32,000 nucleotides of DNA from an uncultured Gemmatimonadota bacterium (GCA_964394085.1 CAYMWF010000014.1:27167-59166), one strand, 5' to 3'. Positions 17,758-27,128 are shown, counted from the stretch's first letter. The notes: generated from the sequence alone by a model not told the origin. Numbers and translations: made by a program.

Positions 17758-18504
17758 GTGGGCGTATTCAGTTTATTAGCGTTAATGATTGGGTTTGTTA
17801 TCGTAGCGGGATCGATCGTACTGAACGGAGATCCGCAATGGTTCATTTTCTGGCCGGGAGTGGCGATTACCATGGGCGGCACAGCCTGTGTGGCGATAGT
17901 AGCATATCCGATTCGCCAGATCGGGCACTCGGCGAGAGTGTTTTTCCAGATGGCCGCCAGGAGGAATCCAAAACCCGAAAAGGCTTATGATCGACTCCTG
18001 GATATAGCCCGAACGGCCCGTCGCGAAGGATTCGTCGGCCTTTCGCTGGATGAGAAAAAAGACAGTAATCTGCAATTCCTCCAGACGGGAGTAGAACTTC
18101 TGGCGGATGGAGCCGATCCCGACCAGATTACCGCGATTATGGATTCCAAGTCGGATATGGTTTCGGAGGAATACCTGGTAGGTGAAAAACTTTTTACGAC
18201 GCTGGGAACCGTCGCACCGATGTGGGGCCTGCTCGGGACCGTTATCGGTCTCATCCTCATGTTGAATAATGTCGATAATCCTGAATTGATTCCCAAATCG
18301 ATGGCGATCGCCATGGTGACGACTTTTTACGGCATTTTTCTTGCGGCTCTTTTTATGATTCCTATTGCCATGAAATTCAAAAGCTTCAGAGAGAAGGATG
18401 AAAAAATCCGGGAGATGATTATAAGAGGGGTTCTCTCAATCCAGTCCGGCGACAGTTCCAGGATCGTGCAGGAGAAACTCGAATCTTACAACCTTCTGAG
18501 GTAG
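17758..18504 (+). CDS. motA: MotA/PomA-type stator channel protein
   Basis: 248 aa, 4 TM. MIGFVIVAGSIVL; WPGVAITMGGTACVAIVAYP; GEKLFTTLGTVAPMWGLLGTVIGLILML; IPKSMAIAMVTTFYGIFLAALFMIPIAMK. Confidence 0.93.
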   Translation: MGVFSLLALMIGFVIVAGSIVLNGDPQWFIFWPGVAITMGGTACVAIVAYPIRQIGHSARVFFQMAARRNPKPEKAYDRLLDIARTARREGFVGLSLDEKKDSNLQFLQTGVELLADGADPDQITAIMDSKSDMVSEEYLVGEKLFTTLGTVAPMWGLLGTVIGLILMLNNVDNPELIPKSMAIAMVTTFYGIFLAALFMIPIAMKFKSFREKDEKIREMIIRGVLSIQSGDSSRIVQEKLESYNLLR

Positions 18505-18509
18505 GAATA

Positions 18510-19256
18510 ATGAGCACAAGAGGTCTTTATACTCAAAAGAAGCGAGCTGGCTCCGGAACCGCCCTCCCACCTTGGATTACAACCTACAGCGATCTCATCA
18601 GCCAGCTACTGGTTTTCTTTATCATGTTGTTTTCTCTGACAAAAGCCGGCAGGATCGTAGAGCTCCAGGAATCCCTCAAGGAGTTCCAGGAAAAAGTCGA
18701 AATGGGATACCTTGTCAAGGACGGTGAGAAGCCGGGTGAAGTGGTGCTGAGGCTGGAGGCGGAGGTCCTTTTCGATTCCGGAAAGGCTCTGTTGAAGGAG
18801 ACCGCCCGACCTGCGCTCGACAATGTATATGAAATCATCCTGGAAGACATAGATCGCAGGGGGGCCGCAACCATCAGAGTGGAGGGGCATACCGATACGA
18901 GGCCCATTCACACAGTGAGGTTCCCCTCCAACTGGGAGTTGTCGGCGGCAAGAGCCATCAGTGTCGTCAGGTATTTCCTGGCAAAGGGGCTTTTTACGCC
19001 GGATAATATGCAGGCGGTGGGCTTCGGAGAGTTCAAACCGATAGCTCCCAACGACACCTACGCGAACATGCAGAAGAACCGCCGGGTAGAGATCAAGATC
19101 ATCAGAACCAATATCACTACCGAGGATGTCGCATTTCCAACCCTTACCGAGGAAGGAATTATCACTGTCGATACACTCGGACAGGAGTTGGTAATTCCGC
19201 ATATCGATAAGAAATTCGAGGAATTTTTAGGGGAAATCGATACTGTCGAACAGTAA
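18510..19256 (+). CDS. motB: MotB/PomB-type stator protein with OmpA-like domain
   Basis: N-terminal PPWITTYSDLISQLLVFFIMLFSL with the ion-binding Asp (D28), and C-terminal OmpA/MotB peptidoglycan-binding domain (IRVEGHTDTRPI...NWELSAARAISVVRYFLAKG...VGFGEFKPIAPNDTYANMQKNRRVEI). Confidence 0.93.
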   Translation: MSTRGLYTQKKRAGSGTALPPWITTYSDLISQLLVFFIMLFSLTKAGRIVELQESLKEFQEKVEMGYLVKDGEKPGEVVLRLEAEVLFDSGKALLKETARPALDNVYEIILEDIDRRGAATIRVEGHTDTRPIHTVRFPSNWELSAARAISVVRYFLAKGLFTPDNMQAVGFGEFKPIAPNDTYANMQKNRRVEIKIIRTNITTEDVAFPTLTEEGIITVDTLGQELVIPHIDKKFEEFLGEIDTVEQ

Positions 19257-19281
19257 AAAGATCTAATGGTATTGGGGAAAT

Positions 19282-22200
19282 ATGCAAACCAAAAGCAAAA
19301 CTTTACTAATCTTCACAACCATTTTTATTCTTGCTGCCCACCATGCCGTTCTCGCTCAGCAGGCGGAGTTTGATTTCAGCAGGTGGCCCGGAACCGTAAA
19401 CCTGGAAGGAGAACACTTGGGGGATCTCCTCGGTTCCACCGTCGTTGCCGGTGATTTTGACGGTGACGGGTGGCAGGATCTTGTTATCGGAGCACCCCAA
19501 TCTGATGAGCCGGGCAAAGCTTCCTGCGGCAAGGTATACGTTATTTACGGAAAAGCGGGATACGAGGGGAGCTACGTGTTAGACGATCCGTTCGTCGATC
19601 ATTTGACCCTCTCGGGTGATACAGGGAATGATGAACTCGGCAATGTTATCGATGTATGGGATGTGGAAGGAAACGGATCGGATGATCTGCTGCTGGGGGC
19701 TCCAAAGGCGGATGTCTCCGGTAAGGTTGATGCAGGAAAGATTTATCTGTTATACGGGGGATCAAGGACGACAGGGGAGTTCAATATCGGTGAATTTCCA
19801 GGTATGCTCCGGGTTGATGGAAACGAGGCTGCGGATCAGTTCGGCGCGTCGGTTGCAGCCGGTGATTTTACCGGTGATCTTGAAACCGATTTGATTGTGG
19901 GCGCTCCGCTTGCGGAGCCAGCCGGTGAAGCGTCTACAACGGGCATCGCCTATCTTCTGAAAGGACCGCTTGGAAGCGGAGTGAAAACTCTGGATGCACT
20001 TGCATCGATGGTAGTTTACGGCGAACAGACCGATGATCGCCTCGGTTCGCAGGTTCTCGGGCTTAATTTAAACGACACCGGTCCGGATGATATGGTCTTT
20101 GCCGCTCCCAACGCGGATCTGCCCGACGAGCAGAGGGAGCGAGGCATTCTTTACGTAATGTTCGGCTCAGGATCACTGCCCGCGGAGGTTGAATTGGCCC
20201 AGGGGGATTCCGCTGATGTGACGATGGCCGGAAATGCAGGCTCTTCCCGTTTCGGAACCGCACTCGATGGGGGTGATATAGACGGGAACGGGTACGATGA
20301 GATTGTAGCCGGGGCACCGGGCGGCGGAAGCGTATTGGTAATCGAAGGACGGTCGAGCTTCGACCCTTTCATCGATTTGACCTATTCCAGTCCCGCTCTG
20401 TCAATATCCGGCAGTGATTCTCTCGGGTCGGTGCTTCAGGTAAATGATTACACCGGGGATGGTCTGGCTGACATCTTTTTAGGTACACCTGCCACCGCTC
20501 CGAGCGGGAAAGCATACCTGGTAAACGGCGGTCCGTTGACAGGGGCATCAGGCTCGGTTCCCGATCTGGGCCGCTGTATTTTCAGCGGAGACAGAACCGG
20601 CGATAGACTTGGTCAGGCTGTCTGCCTGGGTGATTTTGTTAAAGACGGCAAACCCGATATGATCATCGGCGCTCCCCAGGCTGAGGGAGAAGAAGGTACA
20701 GATGCCGGGCTCGTTTATATCGTGAAGGGCGGGACGCCATACTTGACCGATCTTTATCCAGGATACGGGGAGAGTGGAATACCAGCGGATTTCGACATGG
20801 AATTCTGGATTCGGGATGACCTTACTGCAAGTGAAGAGGACATCAATCTCAACACATTGGAAGTATATCTTTCGGGGTATACCTTCACTGCAGCGGATTT
20901 CGACACCACGGGCTCAGTTGGTGCGGAGGCGATTCACGTGCTTCTCGATATAGTGCCCGGCACCTTCCTGCCCAATACAGCCGTCGACGCTGAGATAACT
21001 GGATTCGACAAGGCCGGTAACGAGATCCCGACGACACAGTACGTTTTCCATATGCTGAATGATTTCACGGGGCCTTGGCTCGAGAACATTGCTCCTCCGG
21101 ATTCTTCGAAATACCAGCCGGTTCAGCCGGAAATCGCCTTCAGCATTCTCGACGCCGCCAGCGGTGTGGATCTCGATGAAGTCTGGATGCATGTCGCCTA
21201 CGATACAACGGCGGGCATGCCCGTTACCGACACCTTCTTCCCTAAAACGGATACGTTGATCGTGGTTGACACCATTTCGGTATCCCCACTGGGATACAGA
21301 ATCAGCTATATACCGCCTGAGCCCTTTATGATGGGCGACCAGATACATGTAGAAGTCGAAGGAAAAGACTTCGCGGGTTTTCCTCTGCAGGATCCCCGGA
21401 AGTGGCTCTTTACCACGGTGGACAATGATACTTTACCGCCCATCCTACAGAATGAATTTCCCGCGAACGGCGCTTCCGGAGTAGAGGTCCAGGCTGTAAA
21501 TGTGGATGGCTTTCTGGTAGAGATCTATGATGAGCAAACAGGGGTTAATCCCGCATCCATAGATGTCACCAGGACTTACGAAGCTATTTCAGGAGACACG
21601 ACAGTATCGATCACAGATTTGATCGAAATCGGGAGAATTGATGCGAATCTTTATACTGTCTCGTATCGTCCGACCGGACAGGAAGGTGATCCTCAGTTTC
21701 AGTATGGCGAAACAGCCAGGTTCAATGTACGTGCTTTTGATCTTGCGTTCGAGCCGAACCTGATGGATACGACATATTCATTCATCCTCGAAACCGACAT
21801 AAATCCGCCGGAGATCACCGGACGGCAGCCGAACCCTGACCTGGTCGATTCGATATCGGTGTTCTCAGAAATCAAGTTCGATATCACCGATGACAAGAGC
21901 GGAGTCGATGACTCTACGATCGTTTTCAAGGTGAATAATGAAGAAATAGACATTGAGGACCTGATCTCTCCGAATGAATACCTGGGATATACGATCAGAT
22001 ACCCGAACATCCCTGACTCCCTGGAACAGGTGCCGCTCCCAGAAGATACGGTCACCGTTTCCGCCTGGGCCGCCGATAACGTCGGCAACGAGATGGTGCT
22101 GCCGGAAGAATGGAGTTTTATCGCCGTTCCGGATTCAAGAACGCCCAGGATGACATTTTCGATGGAAATGCTTCTGGTGGAGCAGTCCGACACTATAGAA

Positions 22201-22881
22201 GTCTGGGAGACAATCCCGCCTTCCGATTACCTCCTCAATAAAATCCCGCAGGACTCGATCCGTATCTCCTTTACCGTAACGGATACTATTGATGAATGGG
22301 AATCAGGTATCGACCTGTCGACGATGCTGATAATGATGGAGCTTGAGAATACCGGTCCGCCCCCGATCATTCTTCTCAGTGAGGGTGAGGAAACCCATAC
22401 CGGGTACAAAACCGGCACCATGGATATCGACGAAACTGAATCACCCGGTTTATATAACGTTAGTTTCGAACCGGACCGTCTTTCAATTGCCGAAGAGGTG
22501 ACACTGTCCGTCTCTGTCAGGGATAAGGGCGGAATCCAGGTGGTGGAGCAGTTACGGTTTAATATCAGTTACGGCGGAAGGCTCAATAAACCGTTCCCTC
22601 CTATAATCACTCCGGCTCATGGCTCAGATCCGAATAACCGAACGACAATCCTTTTCCTTGGTGAGGGTTCGGGAACATTTACGCTTTACAACCTTGAAGG
22701 ATACGCGGTTTACAGCGAGGAGAACATACCTCCTCTCAGCGGCTCCCTGTACAAAGTGACATGGGGCGGAGAATACGGCGCACCGGGGAGCAGCCAGAGA
22801 ATCGTACCGGCCGGTCTTTATGTATATCAATTCAAATCGAGCTCAAAGGTTTATAACGGCACAATCGCCGTAGCGCGTTAA
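19282..22881 (+). CDS. Large secreted/surface protein: FG-GAP (integrin-alpha-like) repeats, Ig-like modules, C-terminal FlgD-Ig/sorting-like segment
   Basis: 1199 aa with signal peptide. Repeated GS/DxxGDGxxDLxIGAP motifs (AGDFDGDGWQDLVIGAPQSD, VWDVEGNGSDDLLLGAPKAD, GGDIDGNGYDEIVAGAPGG, VNDYTGDGLADIFLGTPAT). Ig-like modules with SGVD motifs. C-terminal IVPAGLYVYQFKSSSKVYNGTIAVAR. Confidence 0.88.
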   Translation: MQTKSKTLLIFTTIFILAAHHAVLAQQAEFDFSRWPGTVNLEGEHLGDLLGSTVVAGDFDGDGWQDLVIGAPQSDEPGKASCGKVYVIYGKAGYEGSYVLDDPFVDHLTLSGDTGNDELGNVIDVWDVEGNGSDDLLLGAPKADVSGKVDAGKIYLLYGGSRTTGEFNIGEFPGMLRVDGNEAADQFGASVAAGDFTGDLETDLIVGAPLAEPAGEASTTGIAYLLKGPLGSGVKTLDALASMVVYGEQTDDRLGSQVLGLNLNDTGPDDMVFAAPNADLPDEQRERGILYVMFGSGSLPAEVELAQGDSADVTMAGNAGSSRFGTALDGGDIDGNGYDEIVAGAPGGGSVLVIEGRSSFDPFIDLTYSSPALSISGSDSLGSVLQVNDYTGDGLADIFLGTPATAPSGKAYLVNGGPLTGASGSVPDLGRCIFSGDRTGDRLGQAVCLGDFVKDGKPDMIIGAPQAEGEEGTDAGLVYIVKGGTPYLTDLYPGYGESGIPADFDMEFWIRDDLTASEEDINLNTLEVYLSGYTFTAADFDTTGSVGAEAIHVLLDIVPGTFLPNTAVDAEITGFDKAGNEIPTTQYVFHMLNDFTGPWLENIAPPDSSKYQPVQPEIAFSILDAASGVDLDEVWMHVAYDTTAGMPVTDTFFPKTDTLIVVDTISVSPLGYRISYIPPEPFMMGDQIHVEVEGKDFAGFPLQDPRKWLFTTVDNDTLPPILQNEFPANGASGVEVQAVNVDGFLVEIYDEQTGVNPASIDVTRTYEAISGDTTVSITDLIEIGRIDANLYTVSYRPTGQEGDPQFQYGETARFNVRAFDLAFEPNLMDTTYSFILETDINPPEITGRQPNPDLVDSISVFSEIKFDITDDKSGVDDSTIVFKVNNEEIDIEDLISPNEYLGYTIRYPNIPDSLEQVPLPEDTVTVSAWAADNVGNEMVLPEEWSFIAVPDSRTPRMTFSMEMLLVEQSDTIEVWETIPPSDYLLNKIPQDSIRISFTVTDTIDEWESGIDLSTMLIMMELENTGPPPIILLSEGEETHTGYKTGTMDIDETESPGLYNVSFEPDRLSIAEEVTLSVSVRDKGGIQVVEQLRFNISYGGRLNKPFPPIITPAHGSDPNNRTTILFLGEGSGTFTLYNLEGYAVYSEENIPPLSGSLYKVTWGGEYGAPGSSQRIVPAGLYVYQFKSSSKVYNGTIAVAR

Positions 22882-22898
22882 CAACGGGGAAAATCAGG

Positions 22899-24542
22899 AT
22901 GTTTTTCAAGGCTCGGAACCAGCTCATACTCTCTGTTCTGATCATCGTCGCTGCAGCTTTGCCTTCCGAGGCTTCTTTCGAGAGGAGGGCAGGAATCCGT
23001 GCGCTGGGTATGGGGGGCGCTTTTACCGGAGTCGCCGATGATGCTTCAGCCCCTTACTGGAATCCTGCCGGAATTGGGCGGTTTTCAGCGGTTGAATTCA
23101 GAGCCGAGTATGCCCGGCCGTTTACCGGAGCTGCAAACATTGATATCAACGATGTGGATTTTGCTTTCGCGTATCCTTTCGGTAACTGGGGAACCATGCT
23201 GGGTGGTTACGACTATCTCGGTAACTACCTGTACAATGAAGGAGTCGGGATTTTTTCATACGGCTTAGGTCTTCTCAAGCGTAAACCGCTTCTTGTCGGA
23301 TTTAATGCGCGTCTTTACAGTGTCAATTACAGCGTCGGGGGGCTTTCGTCCGTGGATGCAGGTCAGGTTAAGAAGGATCTCCTGTTTTCGAATTATGGAT
23401 TCGGTGAATCGGCTTTCGGCTTTGATCTGGGTGCTTTATACAGGTACCGGAATAAATGGACGGTCGGAGTTTCACTGTTCAATCTGAATGCACCATCGAC
23501 GAGCCTGAATCCGGACGATCAAGACGAACTTCCTCTCACTGGCCGGATAGGGATATCGTATTTATTCAAAAGGCTCACGGGAGCACTCGACCTGGAATAC
23601 AGGGATCAGTACTTCATGGACAGCAAGCCTGTATATATTCATACAGGCGTTGAGCAGGAGCTGTTCAGGAAACGACTGCACCTTCGGGCCGGTGCTTTCG
23701 GTATGGTTTCCCCCGAATTCTCACCCCGCCTTACAGCCGGATTCAGCTACAACTTCCTCAGAAGGGAATGGGTCGAATTCGGCACGGATCTTCTTGACGG
23801 CAAGGAATACCAGTATCTTAAACGGCTCTGGCTCACTCTCGAATACGGCGCGGCGTTCCCAGTTGCATCAGGTTCCTTTGAAGGCTCTTTCGGAGATCAG
23901 CGTATCGGTCTCAAAATCACATTCGACACTGCCAAGGAATACAAAAAATACATGACGCGCCAGGAACTGGAAGAAATGCTGAAAGACAAGAAGATAGAGG
24001 TCGCTCTCGATATCACCGAGTCGCTTCTCGAAAAGGAATTCGAGATCATCGAAGGTGAGAAAGAGATGATCCAGCAGGAACTCCAGGAGAGGTTCGACCA
24101 GGAACGGCAGGAGCTCATGCAAGACCTCGAGATGCAGCAGGAGCTGGAACTCGAGCAAAAACGTATAGAGCAGGATCTATTGACTGCAGGACAGCAGGAA
24201 GAGCTGGAAGAACAGATTCGTCAGTTGCAGGAGATTATCAGGCAGCAGCAGCGGGCGATCGAAATGAGCACCAAGACGAATGAAGCGCTTCAGCATCTCA
24301 TGCTTGCCGTCAGATATTATTTTCTGCAGCAGTACGGGGAGGCTGAAAAGGAATGTTATATAGCCATCGAGCTCGCCCCTCATATCGCACTGGCATACAA
24401 GCGTCTGGGATCGATTTACTACAAGCAGGGCAGGTTCAGCGATGCCAGCGCCGCATGGAAGAAGGCGCTTGATATCGATCCGACCGATGAAGAACTGCAA
24501 AATTGGCTTGAAAGATTCAGGAAAGGGAAAAATCTCGAATGA
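22899..24542 (+). CDS. PorV/UPF0164-like outer-membrane beta-barrel fused to a coiled coil and TPR domain
   Basis: AGIRALGMGGAFTGVADDASAPYWNPAGIG is the typical PorV/UPF0164 start and is followed by barrel-like strands. A Glu/Gln-rich coiled coil (about 23950-24270) and TPR helices (AEKECYIAIELAPHIALAYKRLGSIYYKQGRFSDASAAWKKALDIDPTDEE) complete it. Confidence 0.85.
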   Translation: MFFKARNQLILSVLIIVAAALPSEASFERRAGIRALGMGGAFTGVADDASAPYWNPAGIGRFSAVEFRAEYARPFTGAANIDINDVDFAFAYPFGNWGTMLGGYDYLGNYLYNEGVGIFSYGLGLLKRKPLLVGFNARLYSVNYSVGGLSSVDAGQVKKDLLFSNYGFGESAFGFDLGALYRYRNKWTVGVSLFNLNAPSTSLNPDDQDELPLTGRIGISYLFKRLTGALDLEYRDQYFMDSKPVYIHTGVEQELFRKRLHLRAGAFGMVSPEFSPRLTAGFSYNFLRREWVEFGTDLLDGKEYQYLKRLWLTLEYGAAFPVASGSFEGSFGDQRIGLKITFDTAKEYKKYMTRQELEEMLKDKKIEVALDITESLLEKEFEIIEGEKEMIQQELQERFDQERQELMQDLEMQQELELEQKRIEQDLLTAGQQEELEEQIRQLQEIIRQQQRAIEMSTKTNEALQHLMLAVRYYFLQQYGEAEKECYIAIELAPHIALAYKRLGSIYYKQGRFSDASAAWKKALDIDPTDEELQNWLERFRKGKNLE

Positions 24543-25753
24543 CGGATCCCCCTGTCAGAGAGCACAGTTATTTAGCCAGGAATTACTCGAAAATCCAAAA
24601 AGGTGTATACCTGCTGTTATTACTGGCCCTGAGCGTGGCTGTTATACTGGTGATTTTCGCACTTATATCCTCTCCGGAGCAGAAATCTTATCCATTCAGC
24701 CCCGATAGTGATGAAGTTGCCAAGATGGTCTCGGTAACTGTCACGGGCTCCATCCACAGACCGGGAACATTCGAATTACCGGAAGGTTCGACTGTGTATG
24801 ATGCCCTGGTACTGGCGGGTGTCAAGAATACCGCGGACCTTGGAAACCTCGTTCTCGAACAACGCTTTGCCAGCAGTGAGAATTTTATCCATGTCGACGA
24901 AATAGAAAGGGATGAAGATGCCGCTGTAGACATGAATCCGTATATCGTACCGTTGATTGACAGTGGCGAAGACAGTTTAGAATCGAACAAAGGTAGTGAT
25001 ACCGGGGATGAAACTTCCGACATAGCCTCGTTAAACGTCGTCAATATACTTTATGTCGGAGCTCCTCATGTATTCCTTCTGGCATCTGTCGCTCCGGCGA
25101 CCGGAAACGGATCGTTTCTGGTGATCCCGCCCCAGACCCGAATTTCTCATCCCAGGTCCGGAGCCGGCAATCAGCTCAGCCACCTTTACCTTCTCGGCGG
25201 CGCCGGCTCGATTGTCGCATATGTCGAACGGCTCCTGCAATTACCTGTTCACTACTACGTGGAAGACAAGCAGGAAACGTTCATTACAACCGTAGAGCTG
25301 ATCGGAGGATTCCGAGTCAAGCTTGATAATGAAATAGCGGAGCATCTCCAAAAGGAGCCGGGATATCAAACCCTCACCGGGATGGACAGTTTTCGATTCA
25401 TTCAGTATTTCGATATATCCTCCAATGCGGATACTTACAGGAGAAGCACGCAGACCCGTATGTTGAGGTGGCGCCGATTCCTGGATTCCGTCTACGCTAA
25501 TTTTCGTGGCATGGACTGGCGTCAGACCATTCTCCTTGCAAGGCACATCATTCTCAACCTCGAGACGAACCTGGCACTGCAGGATGTTTTATATCTTGCC
25601 AGGAGCGCCAGAACCCACGGAGGGTTCAACTTCGACTTCCACCTGATTCAGGGTTCATACCAGAAGATCGGTGATAAGGTCTATTGGGAAATCGATGACA
25701 GCGTCGCCAGGATCGAGGGCTTGAAGCTTATTGAAATGGTTCTGAATCGGTGA
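24539..25753 (+). CDS. SLBB domain fused to LytR-CpsA-Psr (LCP)-like domain, membrane anchored
   Basis: N-terminal TM (GVYLLLLLALSVAVILVIFALI), SLBB-like VSVTVTGSIHRPGTFELPEGSTVYDALVLAGV, LCP-like FLVIPPQTRI ... SIVAYVERLLQLPVHYYVEDKQETFITTVELIGGFRVKL. Overlaps the upstream stop by 4 nt. Confidence 0.72.
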   Translation: MTDPPVREHSYLARNYSKIQKGVYLLLLLALSVAVILVIFALISSPEQKSYPFSPDSDEVAKMVSVTVTGSIHRPGTFELPEGSTVYDALVLAGVKNTADLGNLVLEQRFASSENFIHVDEIERDEDAAVDMNPYIVPLIDSGEDSLESNKGSDTGDETSDIASLNVVNILYVGAPHVFLLASVAPATGNGSFLVIPPQTRISHPRSGAGNQLSHLYLLGGAGSIVAYVERLLQLPVHYYVEDKQETFITTVELIGGFRVKLDNEIAEHLQKEPGYQTLTGMDSFRFIQYFDISSNADTYRRSTQTRMLRWRRFLDSVYANFRGMDWRQTILLARHIILNLETNLALQDVLYLARSARTHGGFNFDFHLIQGSYQKIGDKVYWEIDDSVARIEGLKLIEMVLNR

Positions 25754-27002
25754 ACTCGACATCCCGAATCTGAGCATCCTGTTCCTTCTCGCTTTTTTTA
25801 GCCCCCAGGTAGATAACAATAGCGACCATTCCGATTATTCCTATCCCCTGGAGGATTACGATCAGGGCGCCGATCGGGTCGAGGTTGTCGAGGAGGGTTG
25901 CATTTATCCCAAGGCAGAATGTCAGCAGATAGATGAATTGCACGGCCTGCGGCTGCGTCAATCCCAGACGGACCAGCTGATGCGAGAGGTGGTTCTGATC
26001 CCCGAGGAATATGGGAGCTCCCTGTTTCAGCCTGACGTAGATTACGGAAAAAGTATCGAAAAGAGGCAGCGACATGATGAGAACGGGCATGAGCGCCGGA
26101 AAGACGAAAGAACTTTCCGGTGTTGCGAAAGTGATCAGAATGGATGCCGCGGCCAGGATGAAGCCGATAAAGAGGCTGCCGGCATCACCGAGAAAAATCG
26201 TCGACGGATAGACATTGTATCTGTAGAATCCGAGCAGCGCTCCCCCCAACGCAGATAGAAGCAGAGCCACAAAGAACTGACCGTGATGGATTGTCACAAA
26301 TGCCAAGATTCCCGTTACGATCAATGCCACCCCCGAAGAAAGCCCATCCATATTATCAAGCAGATTGAACGAATTCGTAATACCGACGATCCATGTGATA
26401 CTGATCACGATGTTAACGAGGTCGAATAATGGTACACCGCTGAAAAAAGATGTTCTGATTCCCGCTGCTACCAGTATTGATGCTGCGATTACCTGGCCGA
26501 CCAGCTTCAACCTGGCCGGGAAGTAAACACCATACAGATCATCGATAAGGCCGAGCAGGACGATCAGTGTGCTCCCTATCACCAGGGCAAAAAGCTGAAT
26601 CTTGACATACCTTACACCTTGGAACAATTCGATCGTGTGAGCCATGCTCCCGTCTAACCAGCCGGTGGGAAGAATGTAGAAGAACAGGATACAGGAAAGG
26701 GGTAAGAGACAAGCCGGACAAAAGACAGCCAGCCCCCCGAGTAAAGGTTTCACGCTTACGTGAACTTTTCTCTCTCCGGGATGGTCCACTATATCGAATC
26801 TAAAGGCGATCCACTTGCAAAGTGGAATGAGCATCAGGGAGAATATGAGCGAAATGAGGAATACGCCCGTAAAGACAATAATCTGTTCAAGATCTCTCGG
26901 CATTACACTTAATAACGGAATCAAAACCTGAATTATCAAGGATTTTCCGTTATTCTTTCTGCTGAGGACCGACATGGTCCCGGAGACGCAAACCGATACC
27001 AT
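25728..27002 (-). CDS. MraY/WecA-like polyprenyl-phosphate sugar-1-phosphate transferase (glycosyltransferase family 4 type)
   Basis: Multi-TM protein with VLLGLIDDLYG, NSFNLLDNMDGLSSG, STIFLGDAGSLFIGF, DTFSVIYVRLKQGAPIFLGDQNHLSHQLVRLG. The true start may be ATG at about 26903. Confidence 0.92.
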   Translation of the reverse strand: MVSVCVSGTMSVLSRKNNGKSLIIQVLIPLLSVMPRDLEQIIVFTGVFLISLIFSLMLIPLCKWIAFRFDIVDHPGERKVHVSVKPLLGGLAVFCPACLLPLSCILFFYILPTGWLDGSMAHTIELFQGVRYVKIQLFALVIGSTLIVLLGLIDDLYGVYFPARLKLVGQVIAASILVAAGIRTSFFSGVPLFDLVNIVISITWIVGITNSFNLLDNMDGLSSGVALIVTGILAFVTIHHGQFFVALLLSALGGALLGFYRYNVYPSTIFLGDAGSLFIGFILAAASILITFATPESSFVFPALMPVLIMSLPLFDTFSVIYVRLKQGAPIFLGDQNHLSHQLVRLGLTQPQAVQFIYLLTFCLGINATLLDNLDPIGALIVILQGIGIIGMVAIVIYLGAKKSEKEQDAQIRDVEFTDSEPFQ

Positions 27003-27128
27003 ATGTTTCTGAACGTGTCAACAAAGTGCAAAACCTTTGTCCCCGGAACAGAATTATGGTAGTTCTCTCATCGAATCACAAGGGAGCGTCCGGACTCCGG
27101 TTTGAACCAGGATAAGCAGCCTCTGACC

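Noticed and set aside
20914-21348. Minus-strand 144-aa ORF inside the FG-GAP/Ig surface protein gene.
   Set aside because: It lies fully antisense to a long, motif-rich coding frame and has no recognisable domain.
25728-25753. 26-nt tail-to-tail overlap of the LCP-like gene and the minus-strand MraY-like gene as a regulatory antisense overlap.
   Set aside because: Short convergent overlaps are common in compact genomes. There is no evidence of regulation beyond coding economy.
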